64,000 nt of DNA from a virus (Duplodnaviria; Caudoviricetes), in IMG/VR virus record IMGVR_UViG_2974630753_000001, positions 5,661-69,660 of that record; one strand, given 5' to 3'. The position numbers and the translations under genes are program-made. Under the pieces are notes generated by a model. It saw nothing but the letters and a program-made list of their open reading frames with translations, did no database searches and was not told where the DNA came from. Below are positions 1 to 9,600 of the stretch, one piece after another. Numbering within the stretch: position 1 is the stretch's first letter; every line of letters starts with the position of its first letter.

Positions 1-2
1 CA

Positions 3-377
3 ATCGAAACGTTGCGAGCAACCAATGCGAAGTTGGCACTGCTGAACGCAATTGGAAACGATTCGCGTTTTACGTGGCACAACACGGACCTTGTTGCCGA
101 TCAGCTTAATCGAGAAATTGTGAAGGTTGATGACAAGGGCAATGTTTCGGGCCTTCAGAAAGAATTGGCCCGAGTTGCCAAGGACCATCCGTACCTGCTG
201 AAAACCGAAGAGCAGCAAGGAAATTCGCAGCAGCAGAACAACCAACAGCAACAGCAGAATTCGCTTGGTGTTGTTACTGGCTTTCAGCCCGGACAGGGCG
301 GTTCCAACTCAGGCTCTCTCGATCAGAATGCACAAGAGTTGGCGAAAAAGTACCCGGCACTTGCAAATCGCTTGTAG
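3..377 (+). CDS. Probable capsid scaffolding protein, C-terminal part (5' truncated by window edge)
   Basis: Frame is open from the window edge. Gln/Asn-rich linker ends in AKKYPALANRL. Located two genes upstream of the major capsid gene. Confidence 0.65.
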   Translation: METLRATNAKLALLNAIGNDSRFTWHNTDLVADQLNREIVKVDDKGNVSGLQKELARVAKDHPYLLKTEEQQGNSQQQNNQQQQQNSLGVVTGFQPGQGGSNSGSLDQNAQELAKKYPALANRL

Positions 378-415
378 GTCAAGGGTATCCCCGTCGGGAA
401 ACTGAAAGGTAGGAA

Positions 416-847
416 ATGTCTCGTTACGATAAGTATGACCCGAAGGTAGGAGGGTACCGAGCTACCCTTGCTGCCGACTGGGCCACAAATGACGTGGAAC
501 ATGCAGTGGCCGTTGGCCATGACGCAAATGGCCGAGTTGTTAAGGGAGCCGGTGTTTCTGGCGTCAAGGGTGTTCTGGTCCTCACGAAGGCATACAAGGC
601 TGGAACTCGCGTCGATGTCATGACTTCTGGTGACATCATCGAATTTGGCCCGTATGACGGAACTTCCGTCGCTGGTGTCGATTTTGCGGACACCAGCACG
701 AATTACTACGGTCATGCAGATGGCACCGTTACCGACACTCAAGACGATGATGGTGTTTACATTGGCCATACGGTCGACAATGGTCGTCGCTTGGTTGTTC
801 GTGTGGTTCCTTTGGCCGCAATCCCCGCTCCTGTGGAAACTCCGTAA
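416..847 (+). CDS. Capsid decoration / minor capsid protein
   Basis: 143 aa, beta-rich, between scaffold and major capsid genes. RBS AAAGGTAGGA precedes ATG. Confidence 0.55.
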   Translation: MSRYDKYDPKVGGYRATLAADWATNDVEHAVAVGHDANGRVVKGAGVSGVKGVLVLTKAYKAGTRVDVMTSGDIIEFGPYDGTSVAGVDFADTSTNYYGHADGTVTDTQDDDGVYIGHTVDNGRRLVVRVVPLAAIPAPVETP

Positions 848-864
848 GGGAAGGATTGAAAAAC

Positions 865-2097
865 ATGAAAACCCTTATGACGCAACGAGATCGGGAAATG
901 AACTTCGAGCAAATGCTGACCCGTGCCGGTCTGCTCTCTCTTCCCTATGGTTGTGAAGATGATAGTTCCGGTGGTTACGGTACCGCTGGCGATATCGTTT
1001 ACACCACGAACGATGGTGTTGACCTCAATCAGCTTTGGGCAGAAGCTCAAGCAGCACTTGCTGTTTGGAATGCCGGTCGCTCGAAGTTGGTCAACCTCTT
1101 GACGTTTGACGTTGAGAACGAAATCGAATCGGTTCCGCAGGTTGGCGAAGCTACTTTCGAGCTGGCTTCCGAATTCGGTGAGCCTGAGAGCGAACGAATC
1201 AAGCTGGGATACTTCCAACTTGGTTACGACTTCCAGGATTACGACCGGGCAACTCGCTTTACGTACCGGTTCCTTCGTGATGCTGATTCTCGTCAGGTTG
1301 CCGCCATCAACAACGCAATGATGCAAGCCGATGAGCGACTTGTTTTCAAGCAGGTTATGGCCGCGATTTTCGATAACCGAAATCGCGTGGCGGACATCAG
1401 GAATAACCCGTACAACGTCTATGCCCTTTACAACGCAGATGGCACTGTTCCGCCTTCGTATCGTGGCAATACGTTCACTTCGAGCCACAGTCACTACTTG
1501 GTCTCTGGTGGAGCGAAGATCGATTCTGGTGACCTTGAAGATGCCTATGAGCACATTGCAGAGCATGGCTACAGCATCGAAAACGGCACTCAGATCGTTT
1601 GTTTGATGAATCGCGCGCAGCTCAAAGAGGTTCGCAAGTTCCGCGCTGGTCAGACAAACAACAACACCAAGGTTGCCGAATACGATTTCATCCCCGGTCG
1701 TGGTCAGCCTACCCAAATCATCGACACGCCTTTGGGTTTGCTTGGTTCGCTCCCCCCGGATACGTGGAACGGCTTGCGGGTCTACGGTTCTTACGGCGAT
1801 ATCTTGCTGATTGAAGAGCCTTTCATCCCTGATGGCTATTTCTTGATGTTCGGCACCGGCGGGGCAGGCAATCTGCAAAACCTCGTTGGTTTCCGGCAAC
1901 ACAAGAATGCCGTTTACCGTGGTCTTCGGATCATGCCGGGACGTGACCAGCGCTACCCGCTGATTGAGTCGTATTACACCCGTGCCTTTGGTACTGGTAT
2001 TCGTCAGCGTGCAGGCGCAGTTGTCATGCAGATCAAGGCTTCTGGAAGTTACGACATTCCAGAGCCTTATGATCGATCGAAGTCAGTAATCGCTTAA
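865..2097 (+). CDS. Major capsid protein
   Basis: ~410 aa, position in head module, C-ending codon bias suggesting high expression. Start ATG 865 follows AAGGA. Confidence 0.85.
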   Translation: MKTLMTQRDREMNFEQMLTRAGLLSLPYGCEDDSSGGYGTAGDIVYTTNDGVDLNQLWAEAQAALAVWNAGRSKLVNLLTFDVENEIESVPQVGEATFELASEFGEPESERIKLGYFQLGYDFQDYDRATRFTYRFLRDADSRQVAAINNAMMQADERLVFKQVMAAIFDNRNRVADIRNNPYNVYALYNADGTVPPSYRGNTFTSSHSHYLVSGGAKIDSGDLEDAYEHIAEHGYSIENGTQIVCLMNRAQLKEVRKFRAGQTNNNTKVAEYDFIPGRGQPTQIIDTPLGLLGSLPPDTWNGLRVYGSYGDILLIEEPFIPDGYFLMFGTGGAGNLQNLVGFRQHKNAVYRGLRIMPGRDQRYPLIESYYTRAFGTGIRQRAGAVVMQIKASGSYDIPEPYDRSKSVIA

Positions 2098-2101
2098 GTT
2101 G

Positions 2102-2149
2102 TTGGGGGACAAGGGTTTTGAGTGTCTATCCAATTCCCTTGTCCCCCAA
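2102..2149 (+). terminator. Stem-loop after major capsid gene
   Basis: Perfect 14-bp inverted repeat TTGGGGGACAAGGG / CCCTTGTCCCCCAA with a 20-nt loop, 4 nt after the stop codon. Confidence 0.65.
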
Positions 2150-2172
2150 TTACTTTCCAAATAGGAGGATGA

Positions 2173-2493
2173 ATGTCCAGGAACATTGAGAACGATCATC
2201 CCTTCACTCAGGATGAGATCGACTACCTGCTTTCGCGGTCTGGGGGCGAAGCCATTGTGAAGGCGAATCGTCGTGATTTCCCTGAAAAGACCGAGGCCTC
2301 AAAGGATGAGGGCCACAAGGAATCTCATTCGGCTGAGCTTGATCCAGACATCGTGGAGTTCGTGAAGGGCCTGGAAAAGAGTGCCGTTGATGCCGAGCTG
2401 GAAAAGCTTGGAATCGAAACCCAGGCAACAGAACTCAAGGAAAAGAAGCTTGAGCTTGCAAAGGCTCTTCAAGCCAAGAGGGATGCTGAGTAA
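2173..2493 (+). CDS. Hypothetical virion-module protein
   Basis: Strong RBS AGGAGG, 106 aa, in head-tail joining region. Confidence 0.7.
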   Translation: MSRNIENDHPFTQDEIDYLLSRSGGEAIVKANRRDFPEKTEASKDEGHKESHSAELDPDIVEFVKGLEKSAVDAELEKLGIETQATELKEKKLELAKALQAKRDAE

Positions 2494-2495
2494 CA

Positions 2496-2843
2496 GTGTC
2501 TATTTCGCCTGCCCAAGTTGCCACGGTCAAAATGCTGCTCCCCACAGCGGCAGTGGAAGACTATGGATGGACTGATGAGTTCATCGAAAACCTCATGGAG
2601 ACAAGAGGTTTCGGGGCAACTCAGGCAGTGCGATTTTTCTGGCTTCAGCGAGTCAATGAGACCGTTGAATATCTAGACATCAACGACAAGCCACTTACTC
2701 AAATCCACAGGCAGGCAAAGGAAATGCTTGCTTATTGGGATGAGGTTCTAAAGGGTGGCCCTGAAGCAATAGAGCCAAACACCAGAAGCCCCATAAGTTT
2801 TGGTGAAATCGAAAGGCCGGAAGGGTATGTCCGCTCCCGTTAG
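2496..2843 (+). CDS. Probable head-to-tail adaptor
   Basis: 115 aa helical protein at the syntenic position after the capsid genes. Confidence 0.55.
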   Translation: MSISPAQVATVKMLLPTAAVEDYGWTDEFIENLMETRGFGATQAVRFFWLQRVNETVEYLDINDKPLTQIHRQAKEMLAYWDEVLKGGPEAIEPNTRSPISFGEIERPEGYVRSR

Positions 2844-3255
2844 TAATAGCGAGCTGAAGGTACTTCCGGCCCTTCGGAAGGCAACTGAACTTTCAATTCG
2901 ATTTGATCCTAGGACAATCGAATTGGTCCCGAACACCAAGGTCCAGAAGCCAGGCGGGGTATATGACTATACGTCTCAAACCCCAAGGCCGCCACAGACT
3001 TTCAACGTTCTCCCCATTGCCTCGACTCTCGGTGGTCGATCTGGGTCGATTGATCGGATTGCGGAAAGTAATGGGCTAAAAGGACATTCGTGGTATTTCT
3101 ATCTCGTGGGTCGGCATGATTGTGAAATGGCCATCAATGATACCTGGTCTGAGGGAGAGACTACGTATCGAATAATCAGCATTCTTCCAAAGAATGACTA
3201 TGAAAGACGTGCCGTAGTAGAGGCTTTCGGGAAAGACCCGAACTATGGCAACTAA
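2827..3255 (+). CDS. Probable head-to-tail stopper
   Basis: Beta-rich ~140 aa protein (DCEMAINDTWSEGETTYRII), syntenic position. Confidence 0.55.
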   Translation: MSAPVSNSELKVLPALRKATELSIRFDPRTIELVPNTKVQKPGGVYDYTSQTPRPPQTFNVLPIASTLGGRSGSIDRIAESNGLKGHSWYFYLVGRHDCEMAINDTWSEGETTYRIISILPKNDYERRAVVEAFGKDPNYGN

Positions 3256-3622
3256 GGTTCAGATGACTTGGACCGGGATTTCCAACGTAGAAAAGGAAAT
3301 CAACAGGTTCGAAGAGAGAGTGAAGACTGACATCACAGCAGTCTTTTTGCGTAGCAAGCCACTTGCAGAGCAATACATGAGGACTAATGCCCCTTGGCAA
3401 GATCAAACAACCAATGCGCGCAACGGACTTCATGCCGAAGTAGAGTCTGATTTTGATACGTTCTGGGAGTTGATTTGTGCCCATAGCGTATTTTACGGAA
3501 TCTATTTGGAGACAAGGTTTTCCGGACGTTACGCAATCCTCATGCCTACCATTCTTGAGTTTGGCAATCAGATCATGAACCAAATGACACGAATCATGGC
3601 AAAGAGGGGAGCGCAAGACTAA
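3245..3622 (+). CDS. HK97 gp10-like neck / tail completion protein
   Basis: Motif MRTNAPWQDQTTNARNGL...HSVFYGIYLE resembles this family. Confidence 0.65.
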   Translation: MATKVQMTWTGISNVEKEINRFEERVKTDITAVFLRSKPLAEQYMRTNAPWQDQTTNARNGLHAEVESDFDTFWELICAHSVFYGIYLETRFSGRYAILMPTILEFGNQIMNQMTRIMAKRGAQD

Positions 3623-4035
3623 TGAGCCGCGCTGCCGTTTTTGATGCGATTACGTCAGATTCAAACTTGAACTCTGTTGGACTGAACGCAGATACGGTCT
3701 TTCACACTTGGAGTTCTGATGAAAGGCCAGTCAGCACAGGGGCTTTCGCTATGCTGAGATGGGGGACTCAAGGTGCTCCCTATTGGCAGCAAGTGAAAGC
3801 ACCAGTGAATCTTATGATTTGGATTCACTACCCAGAAGTTGTAACTAATGACTACGGCAAGATAGATAAGATTCTTGACCGTATCGATTCGGTTCTTTCG
3901 GCCCAACGCGATGTTGTCGGAAGTGATGGGTATACGTTGAGTTTCGTTCGTCTGGGAGGAAGGTCAGCTGACCTCGTTGATGATGGATTCTCAACAATCA
4001 CGAAATACGCTGCCTATCAAGTGTTTTACCGTTAA
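3622..4035 (+). CDS. Probable tail terminator
   Basis: 137 aa following the gp10-like gene, TAATG overlap. Confidence 0.55.
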   Translation: MSRAAVFDAITSDSNLNSVGLNADTVFHTWSSDERPVSTGAFAMLRWGTQGAPYWQQVKAPVNLMIWIHYPEVVTNDYGKIDKILDRIDSVLSAQRDVVGSDGYTLSFVRLGGRSADLVDDGFSTITKYAAYQVFYR

Positions 4036-4052
4036 GGGAAGGGTCAGTTCAA

Positions 4053-4406
4053 ATGTCCGATACGCCAGGCATTTTCAGCTCTGATGAGCCAGCGAAGCCC
4101 AAAGAGGATCAGGACCCTCTAAAGGGTCTCCCTCCGACGGTTCGTGTCGAAGAGGCAAGGACCCCAATGGCTTTGAAGCAACCTGACAAGAGTGCTCGCG
4201 GTCCTTGGGTGCAGTACAACGGAGTTGGCACTGTTCGAATCATGACAGCTGCCGATTGGAAAACTGTTGGTGTTGATTCGAAGAAGTATTGCGAGTGGAA
4301 TTACTTGAACCACAAGCGACTTCCGGTCTCTTCGTTTACCGATGAAGAGCTTCAATACCTGCTCCGTGTCGATGGCCGTTTTTCGGTCGTTGAGGATGAG
4401 AACTGA
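4053..4406 (+). CDS. Hypothetical protein
   Basis: ORF with RBS AAGGG in the tail module. Confidence 0.6.
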   Translation: MSDTPGIFSSDEPAKPKEDQDPLKGLPPTVRVEEARTPMALKQPDKSARGPWVQYNGVGTVRIMTAADWKTVGVDSKKYCEWNYLNHKRLPVSSFTDEELQYLLRVDGRFSVVEDEN

Positions 4407-4410
4407 AACC

Positions 4411-4647
4411 ATGACCGCAGCACTGGCTATCCAACTTCGTTGCAGAAGTAAGCTGCAAGGAATCATCAAGAAATACTCAGATGACAAGGTGCTCTTGGAG
4501 ATTCGTTGCAAGGATAAGTGGTGCGCCGATCGCAGCGCGGGAGTTGTTGTCCTGCACTACTTTAACGTCGAAACAGGCGAGTTAGATCATACAAAGAAAT
4601 TCCGTGACCCAAAGCGTCCGGTTCGACGAAAGGTGAAGAAACAATGA
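4411..4647 (+). CDS. Small Cys-containing hypothetical protein
   Basis: ATG 4411 after GAGGA; contains CRSK...CKDKWC; overlaps the major tail start. Confidence 0.55.
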   Translation: MTAALAIQLRCRSKLQGIIKKYSDDKVLLEIRCKDKWCADRSAGVVVLHYFNVETGELDHTKKFRDPKRPVRRKVKKQ

Positions 4648-5498
4648 GTTCTCCTGTGCCCGTTGCACTTCCGTTCGGTATGCGAGACTGCAAGATTTAC
4701 CCCTACCTGGATCAGCAGGGGACGATTCTTGCAGAAGAGGGTTTTGACCTTCCCAACTCGCAAACCTTCAGCTTTGCTGATTCCGAAGACTTTACCGATC
4801 TTCGGGGTGATGATGAGCTTGTGGCCACGCATGGCAATGGCGCACAAGTAAACTGGACCCTCGAGGCCGGTGGTATTGCGCTTCAGATTTGGGCCATTTT
4901 TACCGGTGGTCAAATCATCGAGACCGGTACTGCACCGAATCGCACTATCACTCTTCGGAAGTGCTCCGATGACGCCCGACCGTATTTCCAAGTCAAGGGT
5001 CAGATCATGTCTGATTCTGGCGGTGACGTCACTGCGGTTGTTTATCGCGCAAAGTGCAACGGTGATATTTCCGGTCAGTTCGCAGATGGTCAGTTCTTCG
5101 TGACTTCTGCTGATGGCATTGGCCTTCCGATTCCGGGAACCAAGTTGCTTTACGATATCGCTCAGCATGAAACCCGTACTTTCCTTTCGACTACGCCTGA
5201 TCCTCTGCCGATTATGCCGCCGAAAAACGTTATGGTGGGCAATGTTTCGGACACTGGCGCAACGGTTGTTTGGGAGACCGTTTCTGGTGTTACCGGTTAC
5301 CGTGTGGAATACGCGGCAGGTCCAGCTTTCGATACTTGGACTGCCGTAAACCCCGATCCCACAACGGGAACCGCAAATCTCGCAACCCTGACCCCGGAAA
5401 CGGATTATCAGGTTCGCGTGACTTCCAAGGTCGGAACGGATGTTGGTTACTTCGGTACCGCTGTTCCGTTTACCACTCTGGAAGATTCCACCCCGTAA
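4644..5498 (+). CDS. Major tail protein with C-terminal FN3-like domain
   Basis: N-terminal tail-tube-like region (FSFADSEDFTDLRGDD). C-terminal PPKNVMVGNVSDTGATVVWE...LTPETDYQVRV is an FN3 signature. Confidence 0.8.
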   Translation: MSSPVPVALPFGMRDCKIYPYLDQQGTILAEEGFDLPNSQTFSFADSEDFTDLRGDDELVATHGNGAQVNWTLEAGGIALQIWAIFTGGQIIETGTAPNRTITLRKCSDDARPYFQVKGQIMSDSGGDVTAVVYRAKCNGDISGQFADGQFFVTSADGIGLPIPGTKLLYDIAQHETRTFLSTTPDPLPIMPPKNVMVGNVSDTGATVVWETVSGVTGYRVEYAAGPAFDTWTAVNPDPTTGTANLATLTPETDYQVRVTSKVGTDVGYFGTAVPFTTLEDSTP

Positions 5499-5537
5499 GT
5501 TGTTGAAAAACAACTAGATTCCGAAAGAGGAACGTAA

Positions 5538-6320
5538 ATGTCCTATCCTGGTGTTGACCCTGCCGTGCTTGCTCAAGTGAATCCTGTTGGGACACAGGAG
5601 AGCACGGCGGGGGAGCCTATGGCCCCAAACCCTTTGGTGGCTAAAGCATCTGAGACGATGCATGAATCCGCATTGCGCGAACCGGTCATTGATCAATCCG
5701 CAGTTAAAGCCGCTGTTGCAGACATGTTCGCGCTTCAGGATGGATGGAAGCCAAAACAAGCAGTCAAGTTTGTCATCGAATGCCCAAGTGGCCAAAGGGT
5801 TTTGGCAAGGCATCTCGATACGATGGCATTGCTTGAGGCCAACCTCATTGAAGAGATTGATTTCTTTACAAAGCGTCTCTTCCCCGCCGAAATGGATGCA
5901 AGCGGCAACGTAATCGAAAAGCCTGAGGATGCAGCAGAAGCTTCTATCTGGACAGTTCTCAAGGACCCCGAAAAGCGTTGCCGTTTCTTGCGTTTGATGA
6001 ATGGCCTCTTGGTCACGGCAATTGAACGTCCAAAGATCATTGACGACGGAGTTGAAATCCTCACCGACACAGAGGGAAAGAAACACGTTGTTGAGGGAGC
6101 AAGGCTTTCACCAGAAGATTATGAAAAGGTCTTCAAGAAAAAGCTTCGACCTCTTGGTCCTAATGAAACCTATGCCAGCGCAGTGGATTTCGCAGATAAA
6201 ATGGCAATTTACTCGGAGTTGAACAAGCCTCTGGCTGTGATCACGCCCTTTCGCGAAGAACAGGCAATTAGCTTGGCGCGTATGGCATCAGGCGAAAGCT
6301 CTGGGTATTCGCCCGAGTGA
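5538..6320 (+). CDS. Tail assembly chaperone (G)
   Basis: Lies between the major tail and tape measure genes. Confidence 0.75.
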   Translation: MSYPGVDPAVLAQVNPVGTQESTAGEPMAPNPLVAKASETMHESALREPVIDQSAVKAAVADMFALQDGWKPKQAVKFVIECPSGQRVLARHLDTMALLEANLIEEIDFFTKRLFPAEMDASGNVIEKPEDAAEASIWTVLKDPEKRCRFLRLMNGLLVTAIERPKIIDDGVEILTDTEGKKHVVEGARLSPEDYEKVFKKKLRPLGPNETYASAVDFADKMAIYSELNKPLAVITPFREEQAISLARMASGESSGYSPE

Positions 6321-6627
6321 GTTGTATGGGATTACCTGGCCTTTGGCAGCTTTCTACCTTGATCGCGGACTTTATTGGTGGTCAAGTTTCGTAGAGGGCC
6401 GAATGAACGAAGTGGAGAATGCTGTGCGTAATCAGATGAAAAACAAGAGGGGCACAGACGCTTTCGTTCATTCGGCTCGAACGGCGGCATTTAATAAGCT
6501 CATGGGGCTAAGCGTTGCTTCTGCCTATCGTCAACCACATAGCTTTACCTCTTCATCAAAAGGTGCGAAACCTGTTGCATCACAAGGGAAATCAAGCAAC
6601 TTTGACAACAGTCTGTTTGGTGGGTAA
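6241..6627 (+). CDS. Tail assembly chaperone frameshift extension (GT)
   Basis: Frame opens at 6241 with no good start codon and overlaps the end of G. It encodes AWRVWHQAKALGIRPSELYGI...AFYLDR. Slip site CCC TTT C at 6246-6252. Confidence 0.65.
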   Translation, partial: SRPFAKNRQLAWRVWHQAKALGIRPSELYGITWPLAAFYLDRGLYWWSSFVEGRMNEVENAVRNQMKNKRGTDAFVHSARTAAFNKLMGLSVASAYRQPHSFTSSSKGAKPVASQGKSSNFDNSLFGG

Positions 6628-6633
6628 AAGCAT

Positions 6634-9600
6634 ATGAGCATGATTGACATTGGCACGGCTACCGGCAAGGTTCGGATTGAATATGAATCACAGGGTGCCG
6701 CAAAGGTTACCAAGGAATTTGAGTCTGTTAAAAAGGCGACTCAAGATGCCGTGGTTCCTTTTTCCACATGGGCCGATAAGATAGGGCTGAATGCCGGTGC
6801 TCTAAGGCAATACAACCTTATTCAAAAGCAAGTCAACGAAGCAACAAAGGCTGCAAGGGTTTTCGAGCAAAACCTGAACAATGTTAGAGCACGGTCGAAC
6901 TCGACTCTTCGGGAAAACTACCGTGCCAACATGCTTCAGATTACGGCAACCAAGTCTCTTGAGGATTTGAAAAAGGTTGCTGCACAAGCACAAAAAGAAC
7001 TCCCCATGGCCCTTGCGACAGCTGGGTCTCGTGCTGCTGAGGAATTCTCGAAAAACTTTGAACAGCAGGGCATTCTGGGCGTTCAAAAGTCAAGCTCAAA
7101 GGTCGGGCAAGTCGCTGGCAGTGCATTGAGTTTGGGTTTAAAGGCAGGGGTGGCCGCTGCTGCTGCCACTGCTGCCGCTGCCATTGCTGGCGTTGGAGTT
7201 GCTGCAACACAAGGCTTTTCGCGTCTTGAAAGAATTGACCAAGCAAACTTCAAACTGAAGGCCTTGGGTCATAGCGGCAATGATGTCAAAAAGATCATGG
7301 AGTCTGCGAATCAGGCTGTTGATAAAACAGCTTATTCGCTGGACGCTGCTGCAACAATTGCGGCTTCGGCGGTAGCGGCTGGAATCAAGCCTGGTCAACA
7401 GCTTACAAATTATTTGACCAGTGTTGCCGACGCTGCCGCTATTGCTGGTGTTTCACTGGACCAAATGGGCGGTATCTTTAACGGTATCGTTGCAACGAAT
7501 CGTGTTTATATTGGCGATCTTTCGGCTCTCGGTAACCTTGGTATCCCCATCATCCAAGCTCTGGCAGATGAGTATGGGGTTTCTGCCGCAGCGCTTTCCG
7601 ACATGGTTACCAAGGGTGAGGTTGACTCTGCTCACTTTCTAAGCGCTATTCAAAACAACTTTGGCAATGCGGCAAAGAGCATGGGAGACTCCATCTCTGG
7701 TGCCATTGCAAACCTCAAGACAGCAGTTGCAAGACTTGGGGCCAACTTTCTTGCGCCTCTCTTTGGCCAGACCGGGTCTGGCGATCAGGGAAATTCAATT
7801 GCCTTGGCCGTAGGCAAGATTCGTCAAGCTGTCGATGGGCTCTCGAATTTCTTGAAGAGTCATCAAGCGGGATTGATTGAGTTCTGGTCAGGGTTTGGCA
7901 AGGCTGCACTGATCACCAGTCGAGTTATCCTCAATGTCATTAGCTTCATTAGTGATTCGGTTGTGAAAATCACTGAAGTCTTTGGGGATACGATTGGATG
8001 GGCCGCACAAGCTGCCGCTGGTATCGCGGACGTTTTTGGTGGAGATGGTGTTGCCAAGAATATGCGAGAGTTCGCAGATTCTATGCACGCCTTGGGGTCT
8101 GGTCTTCGGGAAAATCGCGATAAGAACTTGCCTAGGTTCTTCAATGCAATTGATAGTGGTTGGGCAAGCATCCTCAAGTGGGAAGAAGAATCGAAAAAGG
8201 CAGCAGGAGCAACAGATTCGCTTGGAGACTCTGCCAACGGTGCAGCACCAAAAGTTCAAACCTTCATGCAAGCCCTTGAAGAGCTTGGAATTACGCTTCA
8301 AGATGCTCGAAAGGGTATCGAGGGTTCCAATGAAGATTTTGAGGCATTCCTAGAGCAACTTGCTGATAAGGGTGCGCCACAAGACCTTATCGACACGATG
8401 AAGAATCTTCGTCAGTCATTTGACCAAAGTGGTCGTGGAGCAAAGCAATTCGCAGACGCTGTTCAAAAACTAAGCGACAAAACAGTTTCCGCAGATGACA
8501 AGGCGAATAGTCTCATTGATTCTCTGCGCACTCTTGGAATCATCCCTGCCGGAGAAGCCCTTCAGGAATACAACAAGACTCTCTCGGAAGTTACTGACGC
8601 ACAAGCGAATTTGGTTGATGTCCTAGACACCACCGGCGGGGCACTGATCGGTCAAAATGGTGAGCTAAACACCAGCACGAAGAATGGCCAAACGCTTTTC
8701 GAGACAATCGAGAAGCTAAGAGAGTCAATGTTCGAACTTGCCGCATCTGGTGAGGCAACCCCTCAAGAGGCATGGAATCGAACGCACGAAGCACTTATGT
8801 TGATTCTCAATGACTTTGGTATTTTTGGTGATCAAGCCGAAGAGTTGATTCGTAAGTATCTGACTGATCCTCATGAGTTTGAGGTTATTTACAACTCGAA
8901 AAATTTTGGTCCAGTAGAGCAACAGCTCAAGTCTCTTTTCTTGCAGGTTGAGTCGGCAAGAGAAAAGGGAGACAACAAGATTGAGTTTGGCCTGAATATT
9001 GATGAGGCCAACGCTGCTGACCTAAAGAAACAGATCGAACAAATCGGTGGCATTTGGCGTCAATATGACCCACTGACTGGCACTGCCATCGTTGAGATTC
9101 CGTCTAACGTAGACATCACGGCTCAACGTGAAGCGCTGGAACGTGTTTGGAGTCAAGAGCCGACAAAGCTTGCTTCTGAACTCAACGTCACAACGAAGGC
9201 CAACGACATCGTTAATGAGGTTGTTGGTGGGCCAGGAAATGCCCTTCACATCCCAACAGTCTTGGACGTTCAAAATCCAGAGGTTGTTCCTGGTGGCACG
9301 CCTGGACCATCGGATTCTCAAGGGGCAGAAAAGAATTCGCCAAGGCCATTTCAGGGACCAGGGCTTGATCCGAAGACCGGTCAACCAATTCCGTTGCCCC
9401 CTGGCCCTTTTAACCCTGAAAGCAAGCTCCCTGATAATTGGATCGTTCCCGATGACCTTGGTGGTCTTTTGGGTGGAGATGGTTCATATCAGCTGACCCA
9501 AGCTCAGCAAGAGAGCCTTGTAAATCTCGCAAATAACAAAGAGGCTCTTGACCGAGCCCTTTCTGAAAATCCTGCTATTGCAGAGCAATTGAAGTCCCTT

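Noticed and set aside
757-1902. Long minus-strand ORFs (also 4587-5513, 5514-6086, 56908-57771 and others)
   Set aside because: They lie opposite well-supported + strand genes, lack RBSs and recognisable motifs, and are best explained as antisense shadows.
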